A stretch of DNA of 55,056 nt, the filler included, from Dimargaris cristalligena (lineage: Eukaryota): assembly GCA_003614675.1 (NCBI GenBank). It is 3 parts of 3 records of this genome, joined end to end, with 100 filler letters (N's around TTAATTAATTAA, not from the genome) between each part and the next. Parts side by side here need not be neighbours in the genome. Positions count along the whole stretch, not along the records: positions 36,798 to 55,056 come from ML002772.1; 2 more parts are not named here. One strand, written 5' to 3'. The translations under genes and the position numbers were made by a program. Below the pieces are notes generated by a model. That model ran no database searches. It was not told where the DNA came from and was given only the letters and a program-made list of their open reading frames with translations. Position 1 is the first letter of the stretch. Every line of letters starts with the position of its first letter. Below are positions 51,601 to 55,056 of the stretch, one piece after another.

Positions 51601-54600
51601 ATTTGGCCAGCCTGCACGCATTCTGCCGCCAGCAACGTATCACGCTCAATTCCCTCCTGCGGGGTGTTTGGGCCCTCACTCTGTCTCGCTACCTGGGCGT
51701 GTCTGACGACATTTCCTTCGGTGTGCTCACCTCTGGTCGCAATGTCCCCGTATCAGATATCCAGAATATGGTGGGCATGTGTATCAATACTCTGCCATTC
51801 CGAGTGTCACTGGACCTACAGACCACCATTTCTAGTTTCGTTCAGCGTGTACACTGTCAATCCGGTGAACTGACAGTGTCTGAGCAGTGCGGTCTTCTTG
51901 ACATCTACAAATTGGGGAAAATCAGCCGCGAAACCAAACTCTTTAATTCCCTGATGTTGTACGATAACTTCCCGCCTTCCGCATCTGGTACGCCTAACCC
52001 CGATATCACCTTCAAACTGCATGGTGGGCAAAACTTTACTGAATATGCTTACACTGTTAGTTTTTTGGACAATGGGGACAATCTCGACTGCCGCGTCGTT
52101 TATGACGAGACACACTGCGATGCCACTTATGCCAACTACTTGGTTCAATATATTGACCATTGTCTATTCGTGATGGTAAATGACCCGTGCCTGAGTTTGG
52201 GTGATCTCATGACCCTACCAACTGACGAGGCCCGGCTCGTCGATAAATGGGCTCAGGGGCCTGTTCGCGAGTTCCCTCAGCGACATTGGCTGGCTTACCA
52301 GCTGTTCAGCCAACACGTTTCCTCCAGGCCGGAGGCCATCGCCCTCGAAACTGCCAGTCAGCAATTCACCTACTCAGAGACGTACCATCGGTCGTGTTGC
52401 ATTGCACTGGCCCTTCAACAACGCGGATTCAAACCCGGCAATCTTGCCGCCCTAGTCTTCACCAAATTGGCCGATTTTATATTCAGTTACTTAGGTGTTC
52501 TTTTGGTCGGCGGTGTGTGTGTCCCAATGGATGCCACTAATGCTGCTGACCGCCTGCAATACACCTATGGACTGTTGGACGACCCTTGGCTCCTGTCCAC
52601 CGCCTACCATTTCGACAATATCCGGGATCATGTTTCCGTGGTAGAAGATCGGTGTTGCCTTGTCGACATTCTAGACCACAGCGGGGTACCCACCAACTTG
52701 TTCCGACCCGACACCTCTCGCTCTTCTTCGGACTTGGCATACATCATGTTCACGTCTGGAACCACCGGTCGACCCAAGGGTATCCCTGTGCGACATGAGT
52801 CGCTCGTCAACTTTACTCTATCTAACTGTGAGACCGTCCAGCTTGACTCTAACTGTCGCTTCCTACAGCTTCTGAATACTTCCTTTGACGGCTGCCTACT
52901 GGAAATATTTGGTGCTTTCCATTGTGGCGGTACATTGGTACTCCAGGATGGAAATCTTCCCGAAACCTTAGCGCGGGTCAATACCTGCTTCCTCATTCCA
53001 TCTATGCTTTCAGTCATTGATATCGAAGCTTATCCCAATCTGAAAACAGTATTCATTGGTGGTGAACTTGTTCCGCTCAATGTCGCCCATAGATGGTGCG
53101 AGCGTGTTCGCCTATTCAATATTTATGGCCCAACTGAGATTACAATCGTGTGCCACGCAGAACGAGTCCGTAGCAGCGAGCCACTCTCCATTGGCCGTTC
53201 ACTAGCCAACATCCAAGGGTATATCCTTGATGATCAGCTCCGACCTGTCCCTGTAGGTGTACCCGGCGAACTCTGTATTGGCGGGGTTGGTGTCAGTTCG
53301 GGTTATTGGAAGCAGCCCGAACTCACCGTTAACTCATTTGTCCCAAATCCGTTCGGCCGCGGTTACCTATATAGGTCGGGTGATCTCGTCTGCTGGCTAT
53401 CCAGTGGCAAGGTCCAGTTCATTTCTCGAAAAGACTCCCAGGTCAAACTGCGTGGCTATCGTATCGAACTAAGCGAAATCGAAAACACTGCCTCTTTAGT
53501 GGAGGGCGTTACAAACGCTGTGGCCTGCGTGACCCAGCAGCAACTCGTTCTCTACATAGCCCCCAGTTCAGTTGATATTGTAGCCCTCCAGACCCAAATT
53601 ATCTCTAAACTCCCGCAGTATATGGTGCCCAATTTCATTGTACCACTGGACTGTATCCCCATGACCAACGTGGGTAAGGCCGATCGCAAGGCACTTCAGG
53701 TTCGTCCACTGCCAATGGACACCACAGACGAAGCGGTTGATATTGATTCCTTATCTTCGACATTCCTACTTATGAGAGAAGCCTTGGCTGACACCCTCAA
53801 GGTTGATCCCAAACGGGCCACGCCATCGGCCTCGTTCCTCCGACTAGGTGGCGACTCTATTTCGGCCATCCAGTTTTCCAACCGCTGTAAACGACTAGGC
53901 CTCCAACTATCGGTGGCTGATATCCTCAAACACACCCAACTATCGGTCATGGAACAATATGTACATTTGGCGGATTCAGAAAATACGGCACGTATTCAAT
54001 ATATGGAACCCATTGGGTCAATTCCATTGACCGCTGTGCAGCGGTACGCCCTGGAGGAATACCAGTTTATCAACCAATTCAACCAGTCCATGCTTCTCAA
54101 GTGCCGACAGACTTTGACCCGCCCCATGTTGAGACAAGCCCTCACCAACCTGATGGCCCACCATGATATCCTTCGAATCCGACTTGAACACTCCAACGGC
54201 CAATGGCAGCAGCGGGCGCTGCCCATACCCATCGACATGACCTCTTGTCTAAGCCGGTTCGTATTCATTGAAGAAGCCACGGTTACCCTCGACCAATACC
54301 CCGCTTGGGTTAATAACATGCAGCGGACCATTTCAATTGAGCATGGCCCCACCGTGGCTTGTGGTTTGTTGACTCTGGATAGTGAGCAATACGTTTACAT
54401 GACCATCCACCATTTTGCAGTCGACTTCGTCTCCTGGCGGATTATTCTCGAAGACCTGGAGGCCCTGCTCACAAACCAGAGTATGCCTGCCAAGACAATG
54501 CCGTTCCGGGAGTGGGCTACTCAGGTCCACGCCTATGCACAGACTCTGTCCGACACAACCTGGCCGGTGACTTCCACTCCAGCCGATCCTATTCCACTGG

Positions 54601-55056
54601 ATTATCCACTTTCGTCTACGAGCGATCAAAGCGCTCCTCTCGCAATAACCTACCATTCGTTCGAAGTCCAGCGGGCATCATTAGGACTTGCTCTGTCAGA
54701 CACCCTATATACCGACGTTGCCCCTACCGTAGGGGCCTCGCCTCAAGAATTCCTGATAGCTTCACTTTTGCTCTCTCTACAAGCGAATTTTGGAGTCTCG
54801 GTAATTGAATTGGAACTAGAGGGACATGGTCGTCGGACGTGGGACTCTGCTATTGACATCAGTCGTACGGTAGGCTGGTTTACCTCCATCTACCCTGTTG
54901 TTTTTGATCTGAAACAGTCGCAGGCCCACTCGACCAATAGTTTTAATATTCGAACGTTGGCCCTAGCGAAGCAGCGAATGCGTTCGATTCCTGATCACGG
55001 CTTCCCCTATAGTCTTAAGCGCTACCTCAAGGGCACTCTTCCTATTTCCATGGAAA
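41400..55056 (+). CDS. Multimodular NRPS, partial at both ends, >4,550 codons, intronless: A*-T*-C*-A1-T1-E1-C-A2-T2-C-A3-T3-E2
   Basis: Translated by hand with no stop codon to the window end; it is absent from the ORF track. Approximate domains: A* 41400-42800; T* 42830-43070; C* 43160-44420; A1 44520-45900 (FTSGSTGLPKG, TNGK); T1 GGDSI ~46070; E1 46250-47620 (PIQQWF, HHLVVDLVSW, ESHGR, FNYLG); C 47720-49000 (HHALVDG); A2 49090-50500; T2 GGDSI ~50660; C 50930-52200 (HHALLDA); A3 52290-53700; T3 GGDSI ~53850; E2 from 54020 (HHFAVDFVSW, EGHGR, RTVGWFT). Confidence 0.96.

Noticed and set aside
1-55056. A gene cluster linking the NRPSs with the bHLH regulator, the DCAF or the housekeeping genes
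   Set aside because: The genes lie on three separately assembled contigs, so adjacency across spacers is unsupported. No tailoring or transport genes are visible next to the NRPS.
1-55056. CRISPR arrays, rRNA, prokaryotic operons
   Set aside because: No regularly spaced repeats or rRNA-like sequence were seen; the gene structures are spliceosomal.

Overview
Eukaryotic, intron-rich fungal DNA (GTAAGT donors, CTAAC-type branch points). By inference it is an early-diverging fungus, and the large intronless NRPSs suggest a Dimargaris-like zoopagomycete. The window is three separate contigs joined by artificial N44-TTAATTAATTAA-N44 spacers (1-18311, 18412-36697, 36798-55056), so linkage across the spacers is not supported. 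Contig 1 carries a 9-exon WD40/DCAF gene of the Raf1(Dos1/Clr8)/DIM-9 type and an Esc1/DevR-family bHLH factor. Contig 2 carries tRNA-Glu(TTC), a ~2.5 kb CpG-depleted relic whose few surviving CpGs are almost all CCG/CGG, then ELG1, IPI3/WDR18, a 14-exon SFI1-repeat gene and a truncated TIP20/RINT1. Contig 3 holds two paralogous NRPS segments joined head-to-head at 41400-41409, probably a fold-back chimera. The + copy is a >4,550-codon open frame missing from the ORF track (A*-T*-C*-A-T-E-C-A-T-C-A-T-E, * = degenerate). The most notable biology is a complete, apparently catalytically dead A*-T*-C* 'ghost module' kept in frame in both paralogs.
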